Notes: generated by a model from the letters alone, not told the origin. A stretch of 39,145 bases of DNA from Acidimicrobiia bacterium (GCA_046759765.1 JBHICV010000005.1:1-39145); one strand, 5' to 3'; positions 1 through 9,531 are shown, counted from the first letter of the stretch. Made by a program: numbers and translations.

Positions 1-863
1 CGGGCGGCTTGCACCGCCGTTTCGAGGGCGCGGCCGGCGAACACACGTGCCAAATGGGCTTTGTAGTCCTCAGACCCGAAGAGGTCCTCGAGGATCGTTA
101 TCCCTTCGGGGGCGTACTCCGCGGCCGCGGCAATCGCTTCGGACGAACCGTCGGTTCCGATGAGAGTCTCCGCCACCCCTTGGGCGAGCACGGGCTTGGT
201 GCTCGCTCCCGTCAAGGCCACCCTGGCGGCTGAAACGGAGCCATTCTGCAGCCTCACCCAGGCCGCTGCTCCGGCGATGGCGTAGTCGCTGTGGCCGCCT
301 CGCCTTCCGAGCTTGTCATAGGCAGAACCTTCTCCCGGCTGCCGTTTCGGTATGCGGAGCTCGACGAGAATCTCGTCCGCTTCCAGGGCGGACGTCAAGG
401 TGTCGACGAAGAAATCCTCGGCCGGTATCTCCCGCTCACCGGCCGTCGAGCGTACGATCATCGTGGCTCCCAACGCCAGGGCAGCTGCCGGCTGATCGCC
501 GGCCACATCGACGTGGGCGACTGACCCGCAAGTCGTGCCCCGGTTGCGAACCTGGACGTCGCCGGTCCATGACGCCGCGGTGGCGAGCGCAAGGGCGTGC
601 TCTTTTACGAGCTCGGAGCGGGCGGTGGCGCGGTGCCTGACCAGCGCACCGATGGCGATGTGGTCATCCCGGTCGTCTATCCCGTCCATCCCCGCGATGC
701 GTCCCAGGTCGACGACAAGGGAGGGTGAGAACAGCCTCAGCTTCATCAGGGGCAGCAGGCTCATACCGCCGGCCATCGCCTTGGCGTCTTCTTCTCGGCC
801 GAGGATGTCGAGCGCTTCGTCCAGGGTGGTCGGCGCCACATAGTCAAACTCGCGCGGGTACAT
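1..863 (-). CDS. Molybdo-hydroxylase (xanthine/CO dehydrogenase family) FAD-binding medium subunit, CoxM/CutM-like; 3' end runs off the window
   Basis: Not in the ORF track; translated by hand from ATG 863: MYPREFDYVAPTTLDEAL...AKAMAGGMSLLPLMKLRL...VVDLGRI...IGALVRH...GDVQVRNRGTTCGS...EDFFVD...DEILVELRIP...EDYKAHLARV. Open frame to base 1 and directly abuts the 2Fe-2S gene stop. Confidence 0.9.
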   Translation of the reverse strand, partial: MYPREFDYVAPTTLDEALDILGREEDAKAMAGGMSLLPLMKLRLFSPSLVVDLGRIAGMDGIDDRDDHIAIGALVRHRATARSELVKEHALALATAASWTGDVQVRNRGTTCGSVAHVDVAGDQPAAALALGATMIVRSTAGEREIPAEDFFVDTLTSALEADEILVELRIPKRQPGEGSAYDKLGRRGGHSDYAIAGAAAWVRLQNGSVSAARVALTGASTKPVLAQGVAETLIGTDGSSEAIAAAAEYAPEGITILEDLFGSEDYKAHLARVFAGRALETAVQAA

Positions 864-1361
864 CTAGGTCTCCTCCCAGGAAGCGGGAGGCGGTTCCTCG
901 CCCCGCATCTTCGCCGCCGCGTACTCGATGGAGTGCACGATGTTGTGGTATCCGGTGCAGCGACAAAGGTTTCCTTCGATTCCGTGCCGGATCTCGTCCT
1001 CCGTCGGATTGGGGTTTTCGGCCAGGAGCCCCACCGCGCTCAGGATCATTCCGGGGGTGCAATACCCGCATTGGAGACCATGCCGGGCCCAGAATCCCTC
1101 CTGGACGGGGTGGAGCTCGTCCCCGGAAGCCAGCCCCTCGATCGTCGTGATCTCTGTTCCGGTGGCTTGCACGGCCAACATCGTGCACGACTTCACGGGT
1201 TCGCCGCCCAAGAGGATCGTGCAGGCGCCGCAATAGCTGGTCTCACATCCGATGTGGGTACCGGTCAGAGCAAGGTCGTCTCTGATGAAGTCGACCAGCA
1301 GTCTCCGCGGTGGCACGTCACCTTCGACTTGGCGTCCGTTGACGGTCAGGGTGATATGCAT
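864..1361 (-). CDS. 2Fe-2S small subunit of a molybdo-hydroxylase (CoxS/CutS-like)
   Basis: [25 protein letters not shown] and GNLCRCTGY motifs; start MHITLTVNG at ATG 1361. Confidence 0.93.
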   Translation of the reverse strand: MHITLTVNGRQVEGDVPPRRLLVDFIRDDLALTGTHIGCETSYCGACTILLGGEPVKSCTMLAVQATGTEITTIEGLASGDELHPVQEGFWARHGLQCGYCTPGMILSAVGLLAENPNPTEDEIRHGIEGNLCRCTGYHNIVHSIEYAAAKMRGEEPPPASWEET

Positions 1362-1367
1362 CAGGGG

Positions 1368-1396
1368 AGTCTCAAGATCCCAGCCCAAACTTTCAA
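1368..1396 (-). promoter_or_regulatory. Putative sigma70-type leaderless promoter for the coxS-like gene
   Basis: Minus strand TTGAAA-17 nt-GAGACT-6 nt-ATG(1361); no Shine-Dalgarno sequence visible. Confidence 0.5.
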
Positions 1397-1406
1397 GTCC
1401 GCGGGT

Positions 1407-2033
1407 TTAGCCGAACCGGTAGCCGACCGATCGGACGGTGGTGATCCATCCGGCTCGGGCTTCGCCGAGCTTGGCCCGGAGGCGACGAACGTGCACGTCG
1501 ACCGTGCGCGCTCCTCCGAAGTAGTCGTACCCCCAGACGCGGGAAAGTAGCTGTTCCCTGCTCCAGACTCGGCCGGGGTTGGACACGAAGAAGCGCAGCA
1601 ACTCATACTCCATATAGGTGAGGTTCATGGGTGTCCCACCCACCTGGGCCTGGTAGGTGGCGGTGTTCAGCTCGAGGTCACTGAAGGAGAGGATCTCCGC
1701 CGTGGCAGCCGTCTCGGCGATACGGCGGATCCGCACGGTCAGCTCCTCCGCCGAGATCGGAGCAACGAGGAAGTCGGCGATGACCTCCGGCAAGAGGTCG
1801 AGCTGCTCGGGGTCGACCACGACCAGCGTGGGCACGCCCGTGTCCTCTGCTATGCGGGTGGCGGCCCGGAGCCGGCGCCCCGTCTCGGACCTTACGTCGA
1901 GTACAAAGGCGGACCACTCGCTGGCGCTCTCAGGCTTTACCTCCTCCGGATCGTCGATCGTCTTGATCTCGAAGTCCACTCCACGCAGGAGATCGATGAG
2001 GTCGTCAGCCGTGGACCAGCAGGCGATCAGCAT
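1407..2033 (-). CDS. glnR: Actinobacterial OmpR-family orphan nitrogen regulator GlnR
   Basis: C-terminal [11 protein letters not shown]...[32 protein letters not shown]...TVRSVGYRF is the GlnR winged-helix signature; atypical receiver domain; ATG overlaps the glnA2 stop (TGATG). Confidence 0.85.
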   Translation of the reverse strand: MLIACWSTADDLIDLLRGVDFEIKTIDDPEEVKPESASEWSAFVLDVRSETGRRLRAATRIAEDTGVPTLVVVDPEQLDLLPEVIADFLVAPISAEELTVRIRRIAETAATAEILSFSDLELNTATYQAQVGGTPMNLTYMEYELLRFFVSNPGRVWSREQLLSRVWGYDYFGGARTVDVHVRRLRAKLGEARAGWITTVRSVGYRFG

Positions 2034-3373
2034 CAAAGAATCGGCAGGTACTCGGCGAGCTCGAAGTGGGAAACATGATGTTGGTAACGGTCCCACTCCT
2101 TGCGCTTGTTGAAGATAAACCAGTCGAAAACATGGCTGCCGAGCGCGTCGGCTACCAGCTCGGATTTCTCCATCTCCCCGAGCGCCTCAGCCAGTGTCTC
2201 TGGAAGACGTTGGATCTCGGTCCGGGCTCGCTCCGAGTCTGTCATCTCGAAGACATTGTTCGAGACTTCCTCCGGTAGCTCGATCCCGTTTTCGATGCCC
2301 CAAATGCCGGCCGCCAATAGCATCGAGAAAGCCAGGTACGGATTGCAGGCGGCGTCCGGAGCCCGATACTCGATCCGAGTGCTCGAGGTCTTGCCCTCCT
2401 TGATGGCTGGGACCCTTACCAGCGCCGACTGGTTGTTCCTGGCCCACGTAACGTAGATCGGAGCCTCGAACCCGCTGACCAGGCGCTTGTAGGAGTTCAC
2501 CCACTGGTTGGTAATGGCGGTATTGGCTCGGGCTTGCGCGAGGAGGCCGGCCATGAAGCTCTCGCCGATCTTCGACAAGCCATACGTCGATCCCCGCTCA
2601 TAGAAAGCGTTCTGGTCGCCTTCGAAGAGTGACAGATGGAGGTGCATTCCGGCGCCGTCGTGGCCTTCGAGGGGTTTGGGCATGAAGGTGGCGTGAATGC
2701 CATGCTCGAGGGCTACCTCTTTGACGGCGAGGCGAGCCGAAAGGATGTTGTCCGCCATGGTGAGCGCGTCGGTGTATCGGAGGTCGATCTCATGCTGAGA
2801 CGGGGCCACTTCGTGATGGGAGGACTCGACTGGGATTCCCAGAGCCTCCAGGTAGTCGATCGTCTTGCGCCGGTACTCGTGGGCGACGTCGAGCGGCGTG
2901 AGATCGAAGTAGCCGCCGCGGTCGAGCACCTGTGGTTCGGGACCGGCGTCCTGGAAGTAGAAGTACTCGATCTCAGGGCCGACGTAGAAGGAGTACCCGA
3001 GTTCTTGCGCCCGCTGGAGGTTTCTGCGGAGCACAAAACGGGGATCACCATCGAAGGGTCGGCCGTCGGGAGTAAGGATGTCGCAGAACATCCGGGCGAC
3101 CTGCTGTTCCTGCTGCCATGGAAGGATTTGAAAGGTGGCAGGATCGGGCCGGGCCAGCATGTCCGCTTCTTGCAGGCGGGCGTAACCGTCGATCGACGAT
3201 CCGTCGAAGGTCATACCTTCGGTGAAGGCTCCCTCCAGCTCCGGCGGGCTGATCGAGACAGATTTGATGATGCCTTGGACGTCGGTGAACCACAGCCGAA
3301 TGAAGCGGATTTGTCGCTCCTCAACCGTTCTCAGAACGTACTCGCTCTGACGGTCCTTAGCTTTCTCGTTCAT
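2033..3373 (-). CDS. glnA2: Glutamine synthetase-like protein, GSI-alpha/GlnA2 type
   Basis: N-terminus [25 protein letters not shown] as in actinobacterial GlnA2; [52 protein letters not shown] motifs. Confidence 0.88.
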   Translation of the reverse strand: MNEKAKDRQSEYVLRTVEERQIRFIRLWFTDVQGIIKSVSISPPELEGAFTEGMTFDGSSIDGYARLQEADMLARPDPATFQILPWQQEQQVARMFCDILTPDGRPFDGDPRFVLRRNLQRAQELGYSFYVGPEIEYFYFQDAGPEPQVLDRGGYFDLTPLDVAHEYRRKTIDYLEALGIPVESSHHEVAPSQHEIDLRYTDALTMADNILSARLAVKEVALEHGIHATFMPKPLEGHDGAGMHLHLSLFEGDQNAFYERGSTYGLSKIGESFMAGLLAQARANTAITNQWVNSYKRLVSGFEAPIYVTWARNNQSALVRVPAIKEGKTSSTRIEYRAPDAACNPYLAFSMLLAAGIWGIENGIELPEEVSNNVFEMTDSERARTEIQRLPETLAEALGEMEKSELVADALGSHVFDWFIFNKRKEWDRYQHHVSHFELAEYLPIL

Positions 3374-3412
3374 CGCGTCTATGTTCGGCGTTCTGCGAGG
3401 GGCGCGCAATGG

Positions 3413-3472
3413 AAAACGTGGGCGGTTGGCCTCCGAAACAAGCTGTTCACATAGGAGCAACCCGACCGAAAA
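3413..3472 (+). promoter_or_regulatory. Tandem GlnR-binding boxes in the divergent glnA2-glnR / glnA promoter
   Basis: GAAAC(3435)-n6-TTCAC(3446)-n6-GCAAC(3457)-n6-GAAAA(3468) at 11-bp phasing, plus AAAAC at 3413 in phase; resembles the gTnAc-n6-GaAAc and AC-n9-AC consensus. Confidence 0.7.
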
Positions 3473-3522
3473 ATATCGCTGAGAGCCTTCCTCGGTAGGC
3501 GGAGAAAGAAAGGGGAGCCTTC

Positions 3523-4946
3523 ATGCCTGAGAGTCCACAGGATGTCTTGCAGATGGTCGCCGACGGCGACTATGAGTTGATCGATCTTCGGTTCTGCGAC
3601 CTCCCGGGTCAGGTCCAACACTTCACGGTGCCGCGTGGTGAGCTCACAGAGGCTTCCTTCGAGGAAGGCTTCGGGTTCGATGGTTCGTCGATTCGGGGCT
3701 TTCAGGAGATCCAAGAGTCGGACATGATCCTGATTCCCGACCCGACCACTGCGTTCGGTGATCCGTTCACGGCTCGCAAGACCCTGGTCACCTACTGCTT
3801 TGTCCTCGACCCCGTGACCGGGGAGCCTTACGGCCGTGACCCTCGTCACATCGCCCGTCGAGCAGAGGCGTGGCTGGAGACGACCGGGGAGGCCGACACG
3901 TCTTATTGGGGGCCGGAATGTGAGTTCTACATCTTCGACTCGGCTCGCTTCAGCCAAAACCAACACGAAGCCTTCTACGAGGTCGATTCGATCGAGGGGG
4001 CGTGGAACTCAGGACGGGACGAGGAGCCCGGCAATAAGGCCTACAAACCACGTTACAAAGAGGGGTACTTCCCCGTACCTCCGACGGACCATTACCAGGA
4101 CCTGAGGTCGGAGATGGTTGCTCTCATGGAGCAGGCGGGCATTCAGGTCGAAGTTCACCACCACGAGGTCGGCACTGCCGGACAGGCAGAAATCGACCTG
4201 CGCTACGACACGCTTCTGCGGATGGCGGACAAGGTGATGACCTACAAGTACATCGTCAAGAACGTGGCCTGGAAGGCTGACAAGACTGTCACGTTCATGC
4301 CCAAACCGATCTTCGAGGACAACGGCTCCGGGATGCATACCCACCAAAGCATCTGGGCGGACGGACGAACGCTGATGTTCGAAGACGAGGGCTATGGCGG
4401 TATCTCGGAGACGGCTACCCACTACATCGGGGCCTGCTCGAGCACGCGCCTTCGTTGTTTGCTGTCTGCGCGCCGACGACCAACTCGTATCGTCGCCTCG
4501 TGCCCGGCTACGAGGCGCCGATCAATCTCGTGTACAGCCGGCGAAATCGTTCCGCCGCGGTGCGAATTCCCGTCTACTCCCATAAGCCCGAGACGAAGCG
4601 AGTCGAGTTTCGGCCTCCCGACCCGTCGTGCAACCCGTACCTGGCTTTCTCGGCGATGCTGATGGCCGGGATGGATGGTGTGCTGAACAAAACTGAGCCT
4701 CCTCCGCCGGTGGATCGCGACCTGTACGAGTTAGACGACGACGAGATGAAGGCTCTGCCGGGGGTTCCCGGTTCCCTCGAAGAGGCGCTGAGCGCACTCG
4801 AGACCGATCACGACTACCTGCTCGAGGGCGGGGTCTTCTCAGAGGAGTTGATCGAGGCCTGGGTCGGTTACAAGTGGGAACACGAGGTCAACCCGCTGCG
4901 ACTGCGTCCGCACCCGTTCGAGTTCTATCAGTACTACGAGATCTGA
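3523..4946 (+). pseudogene. glnA: Type I glutamine synthetase (GSI-beta, GlnA1) split by a 1-nt deletion; possibly a sequencing artefact
   Basis: ORF 3523 encodes GS up to ...HYIG; the C-terminal half ([30 protein letters not shown]...NRSAAVRIP...[13 protein letters not shown]...DRDLYEL) is in another frame. One base is missing at GGGG 4429-4432. Adenylylation Tyr motif present. Confidence 0.9.
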
Positions 4947-4958
4947 GGAGGAAGGCCC

Positions 4959-5576
4959 CTAGCCCAGGGCCGCCATCGCCGCGTCGCCGGCTCCGAGGAA
5001 CTGGTCGACCGCGTTGATGTAGTCGTCGACCGCCGCTCTCCGCAGAGAACCATCGTCTGGCGCTCGTAAGCCATCGAGCACGGCTACAGCGGCTGTCTCC
5101 ATGCTGCCCGCGGCCGCGATCATGTTGGCGTGCTCTTCGGCGGCACCGGGCGAGCCGGCCGGTGGTCCCGGCATGTTGAGCACGCTGTCAGCGAAGGCGT
5201 TGGTATCTGCTTGCAACTCGCTGAAAGCGGCTTCGGTCTCGGAAAAGCTCACACCTGTTGTGGCCCGGTCCTCCCAGTCTTGATTGGCCGTCACCAGCCG
5301 AACCTCCAGTGCCTCGGCTTCGGTCTGCTTGGTGGTGACCTCGGCGATGTAGGCCTCTGCGCCCGAGGAAGGCGGGCTGGTCGTGGTCGGAGCGCTGGGC
5401 TGGGTCGTCGGAGGAGCTACAGGAGCCGTTGTGGTAGTCGCGCCCGCGACCGTGGTGGGAGTTGTTGAGTCGGAGGCTTCTAGCGTCTGGACGAAGAAAT
5501 AGGTGAATCCGATCATGCCGACGATGATGATGGGAAGGATCCAACGCCCCGGTTTCGGATCCTCGTTGGCTGCCAT
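4959..5576 (-). CDS. Hypothetical membrane-anchored protein with Thr/Pro-rich linker and helical extracellular domain
   Basis: MAANEDPKPGRWILPIIIVGMIGFTYFFVQ (TM), then TTPTT...PTTT linker and an Ala-rich helical C-terminus. Confidence 0.75.
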   Translation of the reverse strand: MAANEDPKPGRWILPIIIVGMIGFTYFFVQTLEASDSTTPTTVAGATTTTAPVAPPTTQPSAPTTTSPPSSGAEAYIAEVTTKQTEAEALEVRLVTANQDWEDRATTGVSFSETEAAFSELQADTNAFADSVLNMPGPPAGSPGAAEEHANMIAAAGSMETAAVAVLDGLRAPDDGSLRRAAVDDYINAVDQFLGAGDAAMAALG

Positions 5577-5689
5577 GGCGATCTGAACGATAGTCACGCG
5601 CCTTGGGTTCCCCGAGAACAAGGGGGTTGTCCCGGACAGCCCGGGGCGATACCTTCCGAAGAGCCGCCCGCCTCCCCTCCGGAGCCGTG

Positions 5690-6529
5690 ATGGTTGACGA
5701 AGAACCGGAGCACACCGAGCGCATTCCATGGGCTCAGTTGCTCCCGGAGGCAAGATCGGCCCGCTCCTGGCCGACTTATTCTGTCATCGGCGCGCTGGTC
5801 GTGGCCGCAGTCGCCTTCGCGCTTGCTCGGCGGCCCGTGGCGGCACCGACGGTGACCCTGGCACTACCAGTACCGGCGTCGCCCCAGCCCACGGCCGCTC
5901 CTTTACCTGTGCCTGAGTTTGCGGCTACTGCTCCGCCCCTTTATTCGGAGGCCGATCTCATGGCCGCAGCACCGGCGGCGGGCAATGGCTCAGTGACGGG
6001 CCGGGCAGAGTGGTTTGTCCACGAGTTCTTTCGTGGCAACGGTGACGATTGGTCTCGCGTTCTTCATCATCTGCCTGAGGGTGCGCTCGGGTCCGGCGTA
6101 CTCCCGGAGCGGGGGGTCAGCTTTGTCGAATGGGCGCAAAGCATCGACGTCACCGAAACACCGCAGGGGACCTTCGAAGTTCTGGTTGCCTTTCAGCTTC
6201 TGGTCCCACGAGACCAGGGATTCGAGCGGCTCCCGGTCCGGGCCGTGACAGTGCCCGTTACCCTCGATCAGGACGGGATCGCAGCCGTCCTGGACCTTCC
6301 GTCACCCACTCCGCTCCGTTTCGGGCAAGTGGCTCCGTCCTGGGGCCAACCCGCACAGCCGCCCGCGGAGATAGTGGCCGAAGCCCTCGCCCTGCTCGAG
6401 CCATGGGCGTCAGAGGGGGAGATCCTGTCGGCATCTCGGCGAGCGGGCGAGTGGCGCCTCGTGGTCGTCGTCGCAGACGAAAGCGGCAACCGTTGGCCGC
6501 TCGTGGCTCTGGTCAAAGACGGGCCCTGA
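5690..6529 (+). CDS. Hypothetical bitopic membrane protein, possibly TcpC/VirB8-like fold
   Basis: Single TM ([15 protein letters not shown]), Pro-rich linker, then AEWFVHEFF...VEWAQSIDV...FEVLVAF...RAVTVPV...G...LDLPSP. Start codon uncertain (GTG 5687 or ATG 5690). Confidence 0.65.
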   Translation: MVDEEPEHTERIPWAQLLPEARSARSWPTYSVIGALVVAAVAFALARRPVAAPTVTLALPVPASPQPTAAPLPVPEFAATAPPLYSEADLMAAAPAAGNGSVTGRAEWFVHEFFRGNGDDWSRVLHHLPEGALGSGVLPERGVSFVEWAQSIDVTETPQGTFEVLVAFQLLVPRDQGFERLPVRAVTVPVTLDQDGIAAVLDLPSPTPLRFGQVAPSWGQPAQPPAEIVAEALALLEPWASEGEILSASRRAGEWRLVVVVADESGNRWPLVALVKDGP

Positions 6530-6563
6530 TCACCACCCCCCGCAGCCCATTACGCTTCTGGGG

Positions 6564-7568
6564 ATGAACGTCCATGACACGATGGGCCGTCCGCTCCGTG
6601 ACCTAAGGATTTCGGTCACCGACCGCTGCAACTTCCGCTGCCGGTACTGCATGCCGAAAGAAGTGTTCGGGCGGGACTATGTCTTCCTCCCCCGCGACCA
6701 GCTGCTCACATTCGAAGAAATCACCCGTCTTACCCGCGTCTTCCAGAGCCACGGCGTCAGCAAGGTGAGACTGACCGGCGGTGAGCCACTGCTCAGGCGA
6801 GGTCTCGACCGATTGGTAGAAATGCTCGCCGCTCTCGGTGTTGGCGACCTGACGTTGACAACGAACGGTTCTTTGCTGGCCCGAAGGGCGGAGAGCCTGG
6901 CGCAAGCCGGGCTGCACCGGGTGACAGTCAGCCTCGACTCGCTCGACGACGAGGTCTTCCGCGCCATGAACGACGTCGACTTTCCCGTGGCCGGCGTACT
7001 CGACGCAATCGAGGTGGCGGCGGAAGCCGGCCTCGCACCGGTCAAGATCAATGCGGTGATCAAGCGTGGGTTCAACGAGGACGGTCTGGTGCCGATGATC
7101 GAACACTTCAGAGGCACAGGGCACGTCGTCCGCTTCATCGAGTACATGGATGTCGGCTCGACCAACGGTTGGCGGCTGGACGACGTCGTGACCGCGGCCG
7201 AGATGCTGGATGTGATCGCCTCCGCGTACCCAGTGGAGCCGATCGAGCCGGCGTACCGCGGCGAGGTGGCGCGTAGGTGGAGGCTGGCGGACGGGTCAGC
7301 AGAGTTTGGGATCATCGCTTCGGTTTCACAGCCGTTCTGCGGAGACTGCACCAGAGTGAGACTCTCGGCGGAAGGGTCGATTTATACGTGTCTGTTTGCC
7401 TCCTCCGGAACCGATCTCCGTGCTCCCCTGCGGGCTGGCGCCGGCGACGAGGATTTGGCCCATATCGTCGAGGGGGTGTGGTCCCGACGTACCGACCGCT
7501 ACTCGGAGCTGCGAACGGCGGCGACGGTGACACAGCCAAAGATCGAGATGAGCTACATCGGCGGCTGA
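6564..7568 (+). CDS. moaA: GTP 3',8-cyclase MoaA (molybdenum cofactor biosynthesis)
   Basis: [18 protein letters not shown] radical-SAM motif, [28 protein letters not shown]-terminal MSYIGG. Confidence 0.97.
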   Translation: MNVHDTMGRPLRDLRISVTDRCNFRCRYCMPKEVFGRDYVFLPRDQLLTFEEITRLTRVFQSHGVSKVRLTGGEPLLRRGLDRLVEMLAALGVGDLTLTTNGSLLARRAESLAQAGLHRVTVSLDSLDDEVFRAMNDVDFPVAGVLDAIEVAAEAGLAPVKINAVIKRGFNEDGLVPMIEHFRGTGHVVRFIEYMDVGSTNGWRLDDVVTAAEMLDVIASAYPVEPIEPAYRGEVARRWRLADGSAEFGIIASVSQPFCGDCTRVRLSAEGSIYTCLFASSGTDLRAPLRAGAGDEDLAHIVEGVWSRRTDRYSELRTAATVTQPKIEMSYIGG

Positions 7569-7579
7569 AAACAGCATGC

Positions 7580-9151
7580 TCATTCCCGCGGTTGCAGATC
7601 GTAAATCTTGATGGGTCTGCTCACCCCCTTGAGCTCGACCTCATCAACCAGCTCACCAAGGGCGATCTCCTGAACTGAGAGAAGCGTCCGCTCGGTTACG
7701 AGGATCTGGCCGGCACTGGCGCGGTCCGCCAGCCGAGAAGCGAGGTTGACCTGGTTGCCCAGGACCGTGTAATCACTGCGGGCAGCCGATCCAATGTTCC
7801 CTACGGTTACCCAGCCGGTCGTGATGCCAATTCCTATCGTGAACGGCTCCCCATATCTGGCCGTCCAACGCTCTTTCAGACTGTCGACCCGGTCACGCAT
7901 GTCGAAAGCCATCCGGACCGCCCGCTCGGCATGGTCGTCTTGTGGAATCGGGTCGCCAAAGAAAACCAAGATTGCGTCCCCTGTGTATTTGTCGAGTGTG
8001 CCCTCGTGCTGGAACGCAAGCTCGCTCATCTCGGATAGGTACTCATTGAGCTCGTCCACGAGTTCTTCGGGTTCCATGCGCTCGGTCATCTCTGTGAACC
8101 CGCGAATGTCGGAGAAGAAGACGGTCAGGTACTTTCTGCTGGAACGCAGCGTGACGGCCGTGTCGCCCGCCATGATCGACTCCGCAAGCCGGGGGGAGAT
8201 GTAGCGCCGCAGTGCCGAGGCCCTTTCGAGTTCGCCGACCTGCTCCTCCACAGTCTCCTGAAGGTTGGCATTGAGCGTCTCGAGATCGTGGTAGAGGACG
8301 GCCAGTTGCCCCGCCGTGTGGTTCAAATTGACAGTCAAGCTCCCGAACTCGTCGCGGTTCGGCACCTCAATCCGCTGGTCGAAGTCACCGTCGGCTATCG
8401 ACTGGAGTGCCCTGTCAACCTTCCGCACAGGACGCACCAGCGACCATGAGAGAGTGCCGCCCAGAAGCACCGCGACTAGCAGGCTTATAGCGGAGAAGCC
8501 GGCGAGCGCAATAGTGACGAGCCTTCGGTCCGCTCTGAAGGCGTCCTCTTGATCGCGGGCGAGGACACGGGAGTCCGCAATGAGGGAGTTGAGCTCATCT
8601 TCGAGTTCGTGGGAGATCTCGTGCTCGGCCTGAACATGTAGGTCCAGCGCCTCGATGAGCAGGCCGGCTTCGTATAGCTGCGTTACCTCATCGCCGGACG
8701 TGTCGAACCGCACAGTGATGGCTTGTATCCCGTCGAAGAACTCCTGCCGGGGTGGCACGGCATAGGTGCGAATCTCCGCCAGGTCCTCCGCGAATCCGTC
8801 TTTGGCTATGTCGAGCTTGTCGTTCCAGGTGTCGATCTGCGTTGCGAGGGCCATCGCTCGAAAGTGACTCTGAGCGGTGATGGAGTAAATCATCTCTCTT
8901 GCCTGGTCGGTCTGGGCGTGGATGTTGCTCAGGGTGTCGAACTGCGTCTCGACGCGATTGAGGACGGTGATGCTGAGAACTCCGATGCCCAGCATCAAGA
9001 CAGCAACTGTGAAAAAGCCGATCAGCAGTTTCCGTTGGACGCTGGTGGGGACGCGGGCCACCCAGTCCACGAACGGCCTCAGAAGACGTGGTACCTGGGC
9101 TTCATCCGTCCGGTGCTCTGATGATGCGGGTTCAGGCGACTCCAAACTCAT
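7580..9151 (-). CDS. Membrane class III adenylate cyclase with extracytoplasmic helical sensor and HAMP domain
   Basis: Two TMs around a helical domain; HAMP (RPVRKV...GDFDQRI...DEFGSL); catalytic FSDIRGFT, LDKYTGDA, DYTVLGNQVNLASRL; GGAGG RBS. Confidence 0.92.
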   Translation of the reverse strand: MSLESPEPASSEHRTDEAQVPRLLRPFVDWVARVPTSVQRKLLIGFFTVAVLMLGIGVLSITVLNRVETQFDTLSNIHAQTDQAREMIYSITAQSHFRAMALATQIDTWNDKLDIAKDGFAEDLAEIRTYAVPPRQEFFDGIQAITVRFDTSGDEVTQLYEAGLLIEALDLHVQAEHEISHELEDELNSLIADSRVLARDQEDAFRADRRLVTIALAGFSAISLLVAVLLGGTLSWSLVRPVRKVDRALQSIADGDFDQRIEVPNRDEFGSLTVNLNHTAGQLAVLYHDLETLNANLQETVEEQVGELERASALRRYISPRLAESIMAGDTAVTLRSSRKYLTVFFSDIRGFTEMTERMEPEELVDELNEYLSEMSELAFQHEGTLDKYTGDAILVFFGDPIPQDDHAERAVRMAFDMRDRVDSLKERWTARYGEPFTIGIGITTGWVTVGNIGSAARSDYTVLGNQVNLASRLADRASAGQILVTERTLLSVQEIALGELVDEVELKGVSRPIKIYDLQPRE

Positions 9152-9184
9152 CCCTCCTCCTGAAAGTCAGTGGCTTTCGGTACC

Positions 9185-9260
9185 CAGTCTTCAGTTCTCA
9201 GTTTCAAGGACCAGTCTTGCCTCGAGGTTCTAGGTTCCAACTGACTACTGACGACTGATG
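9185..9260. repeat. Short imperfect heptamer tandem repeats in opposite orientations
   Basis: CAGTCTT CAGTTCT CAGTTTC (9185-9205), CAGTCTT (9212), AGGTTCT AGGTTCC (9225-9238), ACTGACT ACTGACG ACTGATG (9240-9260). Confidence 0.65.
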
Positions 9261-9262
9261 AC

Positions 9263-9517
9263 TCAATTGAAGTACCGCTTCAGAACTTCGACCGCCTCGG
9301 GTTCGATCTCACTCCAGGCAGCCTCATCTGTCTTGCTGATTGTTACGAAGTCCGAAACCATGAAAATGCTGGTCACACCGTTCAGTGCGAGTAGCTCATC
9401 CGCCATCGGATCACCGTGTTCCTGACCGGCGACGAACGTGCGCGGTTCCCCCACGTCACGGGAGACCGTGAACTTCATCGCATTGGGATTGGGTGTCCGC
9501 TCGGCCTGGACGACCAC
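9263..9517 (-). CDS. Stand-alone NifU/Nfu N-terminal domain protein
   Basis: ERTPNPNAMKF...LLALNGVTSIFMVSDFVTISK...W; TACGAT 6 nt upstream of the GTG start. Confidence 0.9.
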   Translation of the reverse strand: MVVQAERTPNPNAMKFTVSRDVGEPRTFVAGQEHGDPMADELLALNGVTSIFMVSDFVTISKTDEAAWSEIEPEAVEVLKRYFN

Positions 9518-9531
9518 AAATCGATCGTAGC

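Noticed and set aside
864..1361. Calling the genes coxS/coxM of aerobic CO dehydrogenase
   Set aside because: The diagnostic large subunit is not visible and the gene order differs from form I.
2636..3454. Long antisense and alternate-frame ORFs (this one, 22947-23876, 15980-16768, 28606-29334 and similar)
   Set aside because: They overlap well-supported genes, lack recognisable motifs, and are expected shadows of high-GC codon bias.
4420..4445. Programmed ribosomal frameshift in glnA
   Set aside because: No X XXY YYZ slippery heptamer or evident stimulator; an indel is the simpler explanation.
5580..5690. Moco or other riboswitch ahead of the gene preceding moaA
   Set aside because: GC-rich with short stems but no recognisable conserved motif; moaA appears to have its own leaderless promoter.
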